This document shows positions 51,401 through 57,347 of a stretch of 64,000 bases of DNA, piece by piece. How positions within the stretch are numbered: position 1 is the stretch's first letter; each line of letters starts with the position of its first letter. Below the pieces are notes generated by a model. That model saw nothing but the letters and a program-made list of their open reading frames with translations, was not told the DNA's origin and did no database searches. The DNA is from Schmidtea polychroa (taxonomy: Eukaryota). The stretch lies in contig CM097885.1 in the NCBI GenBank assembly GCA_044892525.1, positions 81,654,001 to 81,718,000 of the forward strand. The letters are read 5' to 3'. The position numbers and the translations under genes were made by a program.

Positions 51401-53911
51401 TTCGAAATTCCAAATCAACTACTACAACGTGACATAAAATTCTCAAATCACAAAGACGAACAACTAATCAGAAAACGAATTACCAACTTCGAAAAAGCTA
51501 TATCTCAATTTACCGATAAAGTACAAGTAAAATTTTGGGACACCGTGAGTGTTTTACATATGATGGAAACTATGAACAACATTCGAGAAAACTACCTAAG
51601 TATTATTCAAGTTCTAACGGCAGAGGAACGCATTAACAGTTCGAACAAGAAAAAGATAAAAATGAAGAAAGTAAAAGCAAGAGAGTCTGAGGAACAAGTC
51701 GATCAACCAATAACCGACATAGCAACAACAAGTAAACCAAAGATAATAAACTCCGACCAAGAGATAGTAGTACGTAAGGCTAAAGAAGTATTCTTTGAAG
51801 AAATGCAAGATCTATCCGATGAAGCGATACTGGCAAAAATAACCAAAACAGTACACACCTACGCAAGAGATCAGACCACAAATCTAGACATAGGAAAAAT
51901 AAAAACATTTATACCACTAGCATTCACCTTACCAACAAAAGACTCAAGAACACCATTACAACAAGCCATTTTAGCAGCAAAAGAAAACAGAGCAATAACC
52001 ATCATAAGAATCCTTAGAGACTTCGGAGAAGAATCTAATGCAAAAAATGAACAAGGGGAAACAGCAATGATGTATGCAGCCATAACAAATATACACCCAA
52101 AAACATTACATATACTACATCAATCAGGTTCGAGACTTGACGAAATATCAAACGAAGGAAATTCCACCATGGATTGGGCAACAATACAACCAAACTTGGA
52201 AATGATTAGATTCATTTGTAAAAATGCTACAAGAACTGAGGTAGAAAATATCTGTAAAAACACGTCACAGTTCCAATGGAACACGATACGGATGAACTTA
52301 GAAGCCATGAAGTTGCTGCTAACATGGAGAATACCACAAAGCAATAAATATGCAATAAATATAAATGAGTTCTACGAAAACGGAGAAAATGCTATGGTTA
52401 AAAATACACTAACGAAAGGAGGAACTCCGAAAATCATAATGATCGTATTAAACAGGGAAGATCTCAAATTCACGCAGAATCTACACGAACAAAAGCGAAT
52501 CGGGAAACATCGTCGGATACAATTAAGAGAATTAGTGAAAGAATGGAATAGAAAGAGACATGTAGCAACAGGCAGAAAGGAGTTCGAACCCGAAGCAAAA
52601 TTAGCAAGAAACAGAGTGCTAACGGCATACCGCAGATTGTTGAATGAGATAAATGTCGAGGACGACATTTTAAACGATAGAGGGGGAGATAAAGACGATA
52701 AAGACGATAAAGACGACGATAATAATGAAAAAGGTCGAAACGGGAATAAAGAGAAAGAGAAATCAGAGGAGAATAATCAAGAAAATAACGACGCGAGCAG
52801 GAAAAAAGAGGAAAATAACCCGAGAAACCGAAGGAAGCAAGAAGAAAAGACGAATAGTGGAAAACAGAGGGTATGCCTACTTTTTACCAACAAAGAAATG
52901 GAGACAAATATGATGATAATGATACTCGTACTAACAATGGTGGAAATGATAACAGCCCAGGGAGGAATGAGAACGATAAAAGAAGCCAAAGAAACGGAAA
53001 ACAAGGACAACAAAGAGGAAGAACTAAAACAAGAAAAGAAAAAACAAGTACAAGAGCAGCAATGGGATCTAAAAGAAGAATGGGATTTAAAAGAAAGGTG
53101 TATATTAGGAAGATGTATGTCTAGAGCTTATCAGAGACTAGTGTTAAAAAATGAAGATGCAGAACCAATAACGGAAGTAAGAATACAAGAAGCATACCGA
53201 AATCGAGAAGGGAAGAGAATAACGAAAGTCAAAGGGAAGGAGGTACACCTGGGAAAAGGAGGTGAGGTAGTGATAACGCAACTCCAGCCAAGAAAAGAAC
53301 ACAAAGTCTGCATCGCAAGATTAAGACCGGGTGAAGACTGTCTACAATATGTAATACAGCAACAACCTCCAAAAGAATACACAATATGCATCTGGAGAAA
53401 AGATACAGCGAGAGAATGTCGACGATACCCTGGGAAAAGAGGGAAGAAAAGAAAAATCGATGATGAAAAAGATGAGCAAGGAAAACGCAAGAAAAACAGT
53501 GAGAAACATCAAGACAATTATGTATCCGAGGAGGAGATGGAGAAAATACAAAAAATGGCAAAGGAAGGTATGAACGAGGAAATAGCAAGAATACGAGGAA
53601 TGATGAAAGGAAATGGCAAAGACGGTAATCTAAAAAGCACAGAAACAATATCAACAATAACGAGCAAGGAAAAAGCGGAAATTATAAGCATAAAACAGAT
53701 GATGTGGATCAGCGGCATAATAATAACAGGGGCCTTTTTAATCATAACGGGGGGGACAATAAAAATAATCAAAGATAGACGGCATCACGGAGAACTAGAA
53801 ATGGCCAGAATAAGAAATTTTCAACATCGTGTAAAACGACCAAGTAATATCAAGCAGGAACAGTGGGTGGAGGCCTGGAATGCTCAGCGCCCTCCAAGCT
53901 CACGTATATAG
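39476..53911 (+). CDS. gag-env-pol: 4,811-codon Gag-accessory-Env-Pol-ankyrin-membrane polyprotein (first in-frame ATG at 40031; 39476 is TTG)
   Basis: Stop-free frame with CCHC knuckles, DTG protease, YIDD RT, RNase H, HHCC+DDE integrase and the extra domains listed separately. Confidence 0.95.
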   Translation: MIRVSKGNTISYFHCRHPSNQVNSEPAQEESREYTNNPGKAIQNPHKGRQYQNRTRPIQQTLTVENPREKTEKSKRKITDKPNLRSSSKPGDVLFSGDELDQLKRGRSFRQQRGISQGAKRPHKTPIYDQENPTAGHTPSRSRSRESLSDITNNLTGSTEELSVHSLATSLENLKEIIEFQEPIKMNVVKTDEYKEKFRGEPFNGNANKLATFITNFEVYIDVCGWTPEAISKRMPLFLCDSALEVYLEAKERNTKLDNWENIKTFLRKTFGASKPINQALGELASRKQRANESITLYASELRRLAKKAMNGNLPEENLIGYFIEGLRREEVRASVGCQMCKTLEEAIDWATRCELHLPAQMNVMQEEGRIATATVKTENGDNNNHEPKMNQFIPGAHQIFKPPQGRSNGNNSERNNSNNGNNFNNRRNMNDNKQCRTCGKPGHWDRDCYRNANCNRCGRRGHTENICQSRGCFNCGQPGHISRDCRERSQQQRPPQRNNNYAPNPQRQSNPSEGKQMNVMQEISQMKQMMQQMMRPRQEQVPQPTQNIRMMRSTENLNNYEVQQHAQEWQRLQAEEERIKRERIQQRQEQPLRINMMRMVKEIKEQYCYNYGKNPRVVPMSEPEKPKETITAAKKENSTTPLKGNQRIQKIFWKKIKDKIERENEQTKTEAEAENNENEKQINHLKHNMIRELDSEELTILENNKLKKVPRMRNLRINMMRTTKKVLSTDDDEDYVSSLGGEMLQLNENIDQLREKIGAEEDERESDVTSESEDENIEMKLRKEREEAIKQVKEILPVVVRNQEFIDFIPYRRFIQKIMKLERNEKDLIPNEEKAIIKKYMEKMKQAETTRYVIKIGTSKGLERIWIKNAVTDELFDWIREHLGSSRKKEYLYQYQGEQIKPDMHLIDALIWPGETQILKLYKEKQPANIHEWAKDAKAEYDFNIKLKLEQIKQCTLRRNLDKLIKQIQEQVEDNWDLLIARRTPDMHELMSRLRDTELLRMSDWRTINLIHKYGRLKETQPQKLEITIWLPNEEKRRIKMSNQSTVDDLVTKINQEITEKVRSESSDGMIDDVVMMYDKIILRAEDDTSLSEMGMWDNHQIIRILPMDEFRTRDITYQKEIRDRMKTLYQKSVEIIEIHQQWLKEKELQGKIKKLSVRSCRRTPWERTWNAENKEWKIRKGIFVETDIGEIESESEEEEDEPPKYEEDEIESTSDDGSETDVTSESETETRHIHAMKKKEREYADMDSEEAMEAREREEKERYKQLGDILATGTKNQKRQVIALANIILKTSENIHNLREMAKAIEEYRQYNEWYPEQLEQIIRKWRNQEWAQDTQERYRIRVKYPDKSIEDTEVHPTTKIRELKKKLAYETPFHLQLFGKSLDDNADVGITPMRLGEINVLTMAETLGKPIKRKNKSSKPTKGSLSTPSPNKVASKTNETEEIEEIILEDSDEGAGERSPILVRWPTGAEIWTTSQPSTSYQQPNKLSIEEIIDNTTETETDEQFQRQKGPTKATPEGQTDKIIDEWNEWLRNNDSSLPRTDNERNPNYENTREAGTMMEKRAKGRPKKQGEKPEFKTREQLKQEQGQVRLEKLDKIVWDLKEAQPTIERGEKWIRELVKDMLIITNPQLRRLWQRKVASVDARQLWNTISGIIPKLIKEKTKTTKTDWEETRRVIEQLTLNANDDEHHLVVLTYLMYNLMGLAARKIPNKQFANHVEMTVTIIENTIEPHIIRAGGWKRLIQAPRKNEQERSMQIRLKKLLHELEWELPLKDPASRKASINSLMMTMMIWMLCTSGAAGFTIYDCDNSIIGERYSLRDIEECRQASPNKLDIVKKKVSYHVYQESDFIRTQARECVVSKKVLAYYCGQYSYSTLILPGLDKEIVPIQREDCKELFRTGAMRIRDGVTIHGQSGMIKTESIYVAGRVKSTDGSCNGGTYTIRGEVISGVVVIESYTVELKEYEAQFDANNYQMKTNPACRATENVCRTGISTIIYEANTQKCRLQLLKSALFNEVKGEIYENEDDDEENGNVRMRNGKPVPPSPKEKRLTTQKTPTALITDDPDIGMRFIREKETTKCDSIVYRTNYAGIYMSRQVIDRAVGKVATEDVKLYLYANNKMDFLFHRGQTTMQKVYYDLIQNDCSLNKEILKTKLAIAITHPDNTMPSLPLPDGHFGRMVGEVMYTYACTKTFARLPRKPTIPPGKCANELEISYKGRNRFVQPVTRIMNPIGFYPNTFNCSNAYGPLYEKPDGKWIMLPVKTEVQEPKKFGLIELATEQDFKPIDVSKAGMYSPEDLETARLNVLFPARRESILSNMVTITGGTNFQSGPNYELLLSPDHFQQATSNMMKAMWGRFLVFGQMMAGILGIILIIQIVRVILTQMLACFDIYKREKKVNWKLIVGFLPFLAKTMVLHGHSKDIHRIKRLIKILTKIKGTDEEVGRRFRKTMYDEATRTQLKKNKPKFLDRFRNRSNSSDSDDDDNGNDKYPYPSRNPNEKPIETAPYWEKEKTNTWIANGSYIPPDIVGQQTALTMTQNMYPQLPSQPGMNYMPTRRTKSVDQADDVRTIAVMSSPGGAAVTVMIQINGKETSAMIDTGANVSAIAINQIPSKCWKDIEQTTIHIIACSKETVDVVGRWWTTLRYQDNEIETYLAVIPKLSEPCIIGTDLMPELFKEVVIDLTTMCLKDKMGRICKMNAIIRCPEKIIVPAKSQMICQIKVDAGMEGEVIFEPSKSFEKRRELPLAREIITINEDGEIPINITNFEEEDKIIYENERLGRLTPMIDIELPKITNETTKADELWIIDSTLLTEKEKERLQQLLIEYKDIFAISDLDLGACDVTLHAIPLIDETPIALRPYKLAEKQKEIAEAEVQKMLDAQVIEPSCSPWQFPVVMVKKKDGTQRFCIDYRKLNAVTKRDTYPLPDINEMLLMLQGAAYFTSLDLKSGYWQIKVKEEDKEKTAFTLGRDLYQFRKMPFGLTNAPASFQRCMNFVTHGIKQCMVYIDDLLIYSATFEQHLEDIRNVFVRLRQWKLKLKPSKCDWAKEKVTFLGHIVSAKGKEPDPRNLEKIKTCPAPKTVTQVQEFLGLCGYYRKFIKNYAGIAKPIQELVKKDISFIWGAEQQKAFETLRDKLIEAPILVHPDFKKPFLLATDASGYAAGAILGQLDEEGKERVIGYYSRTFKKHEKNYSVTEREALAIIQAIKHFRYLLWGHEICITTDHQPLVWLGQHKEASSRLMRWAMQLQEYSPFIKFKAGRANANADCMSRFIFPDLVDHEMQRICLMVAEDLDFCQLRKDQQEDTELKQIIEYVKTGKAEVYEKDQKLKEHMDKQRHRYIIEKDWLLIMDGEKRLMCIPENRRKDLLTQYHDGRLGGHMSSKKTLARMKQKYFWPTLTEDVTEWVKNCITCATRKNTGTKWKAPLKPMPVPAEPMTMISMDVVGPLPESDRGNIYILVITDYLTKFPEAFAMADQKARTIAKILVEEICCRYGTPKQILTDQGTNFMSEIMSEVTNYFKIAKLRTSPYHPQTNGMTERFNGTLIQMLSNYVDRHQRDWDEYIKLCLMAYRMSIHASTKMSPFKLMYGRECNMPMDLEYQPPISQYMEIDDYVTKFKERMQEIWETAGLNIKFYQESYKELHDRKKNVKQHTFQTGDWVMIETPELIPGTTKKLQRNGKGPYEILFVGETNVRVRLVNNPFTRPIYVNVARCKPIPKTATSQPEGRTLTTRSQTYRINMLQQINEPTGNRLGLQPSEAEKIIREVKVKMPGWAEDRLDFEILGGLLTMIENYANRERTHPLLRVVKSQWPILFTITDHYGDTPLHKLLKVGSNEQILETIEAFRDCNISTDQENNQGYTPLMIAANRDKAKDIIIALLETGSKITTQDHNQKNALHHAIEGKSTEAFIILVDLISYEDNREIGNMYDGLLTAIKEKLTTITGILIAWRNPIKNDYMVDINETFTKGENTLMREAMRGHHLFEIPNQLLQRDIKFSNHKDEQLIRKRITNFEKAISQFTDKVQVKFWDTVSVLHMMETMNNIRENYLSIIQVLTAEERINSSNKKKIKMKKVKARESEEQVDQPITDIATTSKPKIINSDQEIVVRKAKEVFFEEMQDLSDEAILAKITKTVHTYARDQTTNLDIGKIKTFIPLAFTLPTKDSRTPLQQAILAAKENRAITIIRILRDFGEESNAKNEQGETAMMYAAITNIHPKTLHILHQSGSRLDEISNEGNSTMDWATIQPNLEMIRFICKNATRTEVENICKNTSQFQWNTIRMNLEAMKLLLTWRIPQSNKYAININEFYENGENAMVKNTLTKGGTPKIIMIVLNREDLKFTQNLHEQKRIGKHRRIQLRELVKEWNRKRHVATGRKEFEPEAKLARNRVLTAYRRLLNEINVEDDILNDRGGDKDDKDDKDDDNNEKGRNGNKEKEKSEENNQENNDASRKKEENNPRNRRKQEEKTNSGKQRVCLLFTNKEMETNMMIMILVLTMVEMITAQGGMRTIKEAKETENKDNKEEELKQEKKKQVQEQQWDLKEEWDLKERCILGRCMSRAYQRLVLKNEDAEPITEVRIQEAYRNREGKRITKVKGKEVHLGKGGEVVITQLQPRKEHKVCIARLRPGEDCLQYVIQQQPPKEYTICIWRKDTARECRRYPGKRGKKRKIDDEKDEQGKRKKNSEKHQDNYVSEEEMEKIQKMAKEGMNEEIARIRGMMKGNGKDGNLKSTETISTITSKEKAEIISIKQMMWISGIIITGAFLIITGGTIKIIKDRRHHGELEMARIRNFQHRVKRPSNIKQEQWVEAWNAQRPPSSRI
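40031..40933 (+). other. gag: Polyprotein domain: Gag capsid-like region plus three CCHC zinc knuckles
   Basis: EPFNGNANKLATFITNFE...FIEGLRREEV; CRTCGKPGHWDRDC, CNRCGRRGHTENIC, CFNCGQPGHISRDC (40781-40933). Confidence 0.92.
42032..43695 (+). other. Polyprotein domains: three ubiquitin-like (beta-grasp) modules and a partial CARD-like segment
   Basis: UBL-like segments at about 42032-42250, 42548-42800 (STVDDLVTKI...EDDTSLSEMG) and 43495-43695 (TTKIRELKKKL...LQLFGKSLDD); CARD-like segment at 42347-42523. Confidence 0.55.
44260..44715 (+). other. Polyprotein domain: Bcl-2-like fold
   Basis: TRRVIEQL...HLVVLTYL...TIIENTIEPHIIRAGGWKRL aligns by eye in spacing with Bcl-xL FEQVVNEL...RIVAFFSF...TYLNDHLEPWIQENGGWDTF; the NWGR motif is absent. 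Confidence 0.7.
44821..46740 (+). other. env: Polyprotein domain: envelope glycoprotein, chuvirus-G / class III-like (signal peptide, Cys-rich ectodomain, TM)
   Basis: Signal SLMMTMMIWMLCTSGAAG, mature start FTIYDC...YSL..IEEC at 44885, many Cys, TM WGRFLVFGQMMAGILGIILIIQIVRVIL at about 46540-46622. Confidence 0.78.
47190..47530 (+). other. Polyprotein domain: retropepsin aspartic protease
   Basis: AMIDTGANVS (DTG at 47264-47272) and IIGTDL; followed by a dUTPase-like beta segment without clear catalytic motifs (about 47575-47830). Confidence 0.92.
47950..49270 (+). other. Polyprotein domains: reverse transcriptase and RNase H
   Basis: SPWQFPVV, RFCIDYRKLN, LDLKSGYWQI, MPFGLTNAP, YIDD (48482-48493); TDASGYAAGAIL, YSVTEREALA, TDHQPL. 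Confidence 0.97.
49550..50620 (+). other. Polyprotein domain: integrase (HHCC, DDE, GPY/F)
   Basis: YHD..GGH...CITC; SMDVVGP; TDQG; NGMTERFNG; GKGPYEI. Confidence 0.96.
50906..52410 (+). other. Polyprotein domains: two ankyrin-repeat clusters
   Basis: YGDTPLH, QGYTPLMIAA, KNALHHAI (about 50906-51390); SRTPLQQAI, QGETAMMYAA, EGNSTMDWA (about 51935-52410). Confidence 0.85.
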
Positions 53912-54079
53912 AAAGGATTATGACTGTATATAGATTGTAAAAAGTAAGTAGGAATTATTTATTTATATAACAGTATTCTATATTTTTATATAAGCGCGGT
54001 ATCAATAGTATATAATGATGGGGATAATTAATATGAAAATAAAATTAGATAAGGATTGAAAAGTATATATAAATTAAGA

Positions 54080-54439
54080 ATGGAGCGAATAGGCGAGGAA
54101 GTAAACCACAGTACAACAACCGAGGAGATGTGGAAACAACAATGTGCAATGTTAACTCAAGTGATTTCGAATTTACAAGAACAAGGACTCGCTGTACAAA
54201 GAAGCTTAGTCGAAAGTTTAAATAAAGGCTTCAATTATGTAAGAATAATCGAAGACCAACGAATGAAAATAGAACAAATGCAGCGAGAGATAGACCGAAT
54301 ATCACGATACAGCCAGGTGCAAGAAGAGGAGTTAATAAGAATCGCGGAAGAGATGGAGCGAGAGGAGATAGAAGACTGGTCAGAATGGTTAACCAACAGG
54401 GAAGAGGGCGGACAAGAGGCCGACTCTTCCAGCCAATAA
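54080..54439 (+). CDS. Accessory coiled-coil ORF (~119 aa from ATG 54080), function unknown
   Basis: Glu/Gln/Arg-rich helical sequence with the element's A-rich codon style; the listed start at 54056 is TTG. Confidence 0.55.
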   Translation: MERIGEEVNHSTTTEEMWKQQCAMLTQVISNLQEQGLAVQRSLVESLNKGFNYVRIIEDQRMKIEQMQREIDRISRYSQVQEEELIRIAEEMEREEIEDWSEWLTNREEGGQEADSSSQ

Positions 54440-54528
54440 ATATAACCTAAAATAGCAATGTAAATAAATGTAAATAAAAATACGAAACTGTACCGGTAAC
54501 GAATATATGTATATATATAATTATAGAA

Positions 54529-55917
54529 ATGGATAAGCGACAACGAGAAGAATTCAGAGAAATTGTTGAACAAATTAGAAAGTCCACCACAATTCGAATA
54601 CACAACCATGTAACGTGTGGAATATGCAAGAGCTTATTAAGAGAACCTCACCAAACCAGATGTGGATGCAGAATGTGCAGAGAATGTGTAGAGGAGATAA
54701 TAAAGAAGGGACCACAATGGTGCCCAGTATGCAAAGAAACAATGATAACAAGTTTGGGAGATACAAACGAAGATAAAGCAGCTGTAAAAGATATGTTGAA
54801 TGCAAACCTAGGATGTAAAAACACCCCATGTAATTGGCGAGGAGTGATATGGGAAGTGAGGCAACATACGGAGCAATGTGAGTATAAAATCAGTCAATGC
54901 AAACGTTGCCAAGAAGAGATTAAAGTCAATGAAGAAGCAGAACATCAAAGTCGATGCGAAGAAAGAATAGAGAAATGCGAGTATTGCGGAGAAAACGACA
55001 CCTGGAAGAAACTAATCAGTCAACATCACAACATACAAGAGGAGAAAGTGTGCGCAGAATTCAGAGGAGAATGCCCCAACAAATGCGATAAACCCGGAGT
55101 AATAAAACTCGCTCAACATCTAAAAGAGTGTGAAAGAAAAAAGATAACGTGTGTGCTAGGAAAATGGGGATGTCCGAAACAATTACACCGAGGAGAATTA
55201 CCCCAACACCTAGCAGAAAACGTATCAACACACGCGGAAATATGGTCAACGGTTGTACAGGAAAACGAAAGGAAAACCGAAAACTTAGAAAGAGAAATAG
55301 TCTCGCTAAAAGCGTTGGTAAAAGAACTATTGGAAGAAAAGGAAGCATTTGAAGAGGCGAGAACAAGTACAAAGATACAGACAGATCTAGTAGAAACTAG
55401 CAACATTATGGTGAAAGAATTACATCAAAAAGTAAGCGAATTAAACCTCAACGAATTAATACCAACGGCTCCGTACATATGGAAAATAACGGGAATAAAA
55501 GAGAAGATGCAGAGAGCGAGAAATGGAAAGGATACAACATTACTAAGTCCAGCATTCTACTCATGGAAAAACGGGTATAAAATGAAAATGAAAGCATACC
55601 CCAATGGGGATGGAAGTGCATACGGAACGCATTTCTCAGTATTCTTCTTGATGTGCAAAGGGCCATACGACGAGTTAATAGAATGGCCATTCAAAGCAAA
55701 AATAGACCTTGCAATGATGAACTATCAAAGTATACACGAACAGAGTTTCCATACAGCGGGAAACCTCGTATGTTACCAAAGGCCCTTGGAAGAAGAAGGA
55801 CCAGCAACTGGAGCACCAAATTTCATCCTACAGCGGAAAGTAGAAGACATGACGAGAAACGACACTATATACATAAAAATAGCGGTGAGGCGTGATGGGA
55901 AGAGTAGGACTGAGTAG
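54529..55917 (+). CDS. TRAF: Intronless full-length TRAF-family protein (RING, TRAF zinc fingers, coiled coil, MATH), 462 aa
   Basis: CGICKSLLREPHQTRCGCRMCRECV...CPVC; CKNTPCNWRG; YIWKI, SPAFYS..NGYKM..KAYPNGDG...HFSVFF, WPF. Confidence 0.93.
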   Translation: MDKRQREEFREIVEQIRKSTTIRIHNHVTCGICKSLLREPHQTRCGCRMCRECVEEIIKKGPQWCPVCKETMITSLGDTNEDKAAVKDMLNANLGCKNTPCNWRGVIWEVRQHTEQCEYKISQCKRCQEEIKVNEEAEHQSRCEERIEKCEYCGENDTWKKLISQHHNIQEEKVCAEFRGECPNKCDKPGVIKLAQHLKECERKKITCVLGKWGCPKQLHRGELPQHLAENVSTHAEIWSTVVQENERKTENLEREIVSLKALVKELLEEKEAFEEARTSTKIQTDLVETSNIMVKELHQKVSELNLNELIPTAPYIWKITGIKEKMQRARNGKDTTLLSPAFYSWKNGYKMKMKAYPNGDGSAYGTHFSVFFLMCKGPYDELIEWPFKAKIDLAMMNYQSIHEQSFHTAGNLVCYQRPLEEEGPATGAPNFILQRKVEDMTRNDTIYIKIAVRRDGKSRTE

Positions 55918-56135
55918 GGAGACGAATAATTTTGTATATACTAATTGTAAATATCGGCGTATATATCCAGTAAAATATTATATAGTAGTGTAGAAAATTC
56001 CCCCAAATCTACCAAAGGTAAACTTAAGCGAAAAATTCCTAAAACAACTCCTATAACGAATTATAAAAATAAATAAATAATAAACCAGATATAAGCGTAC
56101 AACGTTAAGTTAATGATATCGTTATTTAGACAAGG

Positions 56136-57173
56136 ATGACACAAGAAGGAACTGAAGCCCCAAACCACGAAACCAAAGTCAATAAAATCCATAAGGGAAA
56201 ATGGGTCAAAGTAATGTTACAATTGACGAACCAGACCCACAACCATCTCGAAGAGGCCAGGGAATACGAGAATAACAAATATCAGTGGTTAATAAACAAT
56301 TTAAGAGCCGAAGCAGAAGCATGCAAAAGAGCCTCTAAGTGGGCATCATTGGAAAACACTCGCCAAGAAGCACACAGCCACTATTTAAAACAGTTAGTGC
56401 AGGAAGCACGGAAACGATTGACGGACGAAAACACAAAACGAGAAGCAGAAAAACAAAAGGAAGGAAGGAAAATGAATCACCTATTGGCAGAAGCCCGAAA
56501 CTGGAAGCGGCAGAACAAAGAGATGAAAAAAGAAATGAAAGAATTGCCTATGAGATTAGAATACGAAAGCGAACAAGGCAAATGGGAGGAAAATCTGGTC
56601 ATAAGAGAAGAACTGAAACGGCTCAGAAAGATTGCGGCCCGAAGCCAAACATGGCAGACCAAAGCCATGGAATTTGAAAGACATCTAGCCATGAAAATCT
56701 CCATAAGGGAGCACGAGAATGCCGCAATGGAAGAACTGATACTTCAACAGTCAGGACGACTCGTGGAACTAGTAAATAAGGTCGCAGAACTAGAACGAGA
56801 TGTCAACGGATACCAAGGAGCTCTGGAGCAGAGAAATATGGTACTGGCGGGGAAAAACAAAAAGTTAGAAAACGAAAGGAAAATGTATAACGAAAATCTT
56901 AAAAATCTGGAGATAGAGATCAAGAAATGGGAAAACGGCGAAAAAGCGGAAGAGCTAGAAAAACAGATAGAGGTAAGAGACGATGAAACCAGGTATCTAA
57001 CATACCTGTTGGACGAGGAACTTAACGTGTCAAGAGCACTAAGAGACGAAGTGCAAGAACTTAGAGCGCAGATTCCCCGGTACTACATCCCATTTGATCC
57101 CATCGCACTCCAATTACAAACGTTAGTAGAAAGCGATGAGGGATATGTAGGCCAGGAAGAGACCTTTGTATAA
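56136..57173 (+). CDS. Accessory long coiled-coil protein, 345 aa, function unknown
   Basis: Long ATG ORF, E/K/R/L-rich heptads, bounded by AT-rich spacers. Confidence 0.75.
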   Translation: MTQEGTEAPNHETKVNKIHKGKWVKVMLQLTNQTHNHLEEAREYENNKYQWLINNLRAEAEACKRASKWASLENTRQEAHSHYLKQLVQEARKRLTDENTKREAEKQKEGRKMNHLLAEARNWKRQNKEMKKEMKELPMRLEYESEQGKWEENLVIREELKRLRKIAARSQTWQTKAMEFERHLAMKISIREHENAAMEELILQQSGRLVELVNKVAELERDVNGYQGALEQRNMVLAGKNKKLENERKMYNENLKNLEIEIKKWENGEKAEELEKQIEVRDDETRYLTYLLDEELNVSRALRDEVQELRAQIPRYYIPFDPIALQLQTLVESDEGYVGQEETFV

Positions 57174-57347
57174 AGATAAAAGGAAAGATAAAAAATATAA
57201 AAATCGGGACCTGTATCTCAACCAAAAAAATTAATGGTACAGTAAAAGTATGAAAGGGACTGTAACCCTGATTATAAAATAACATATAAATGTATAAGTA
57301 TAAGCCGCACTGTAGCGCAATTATTAATTATGTATATATTATAGAAA

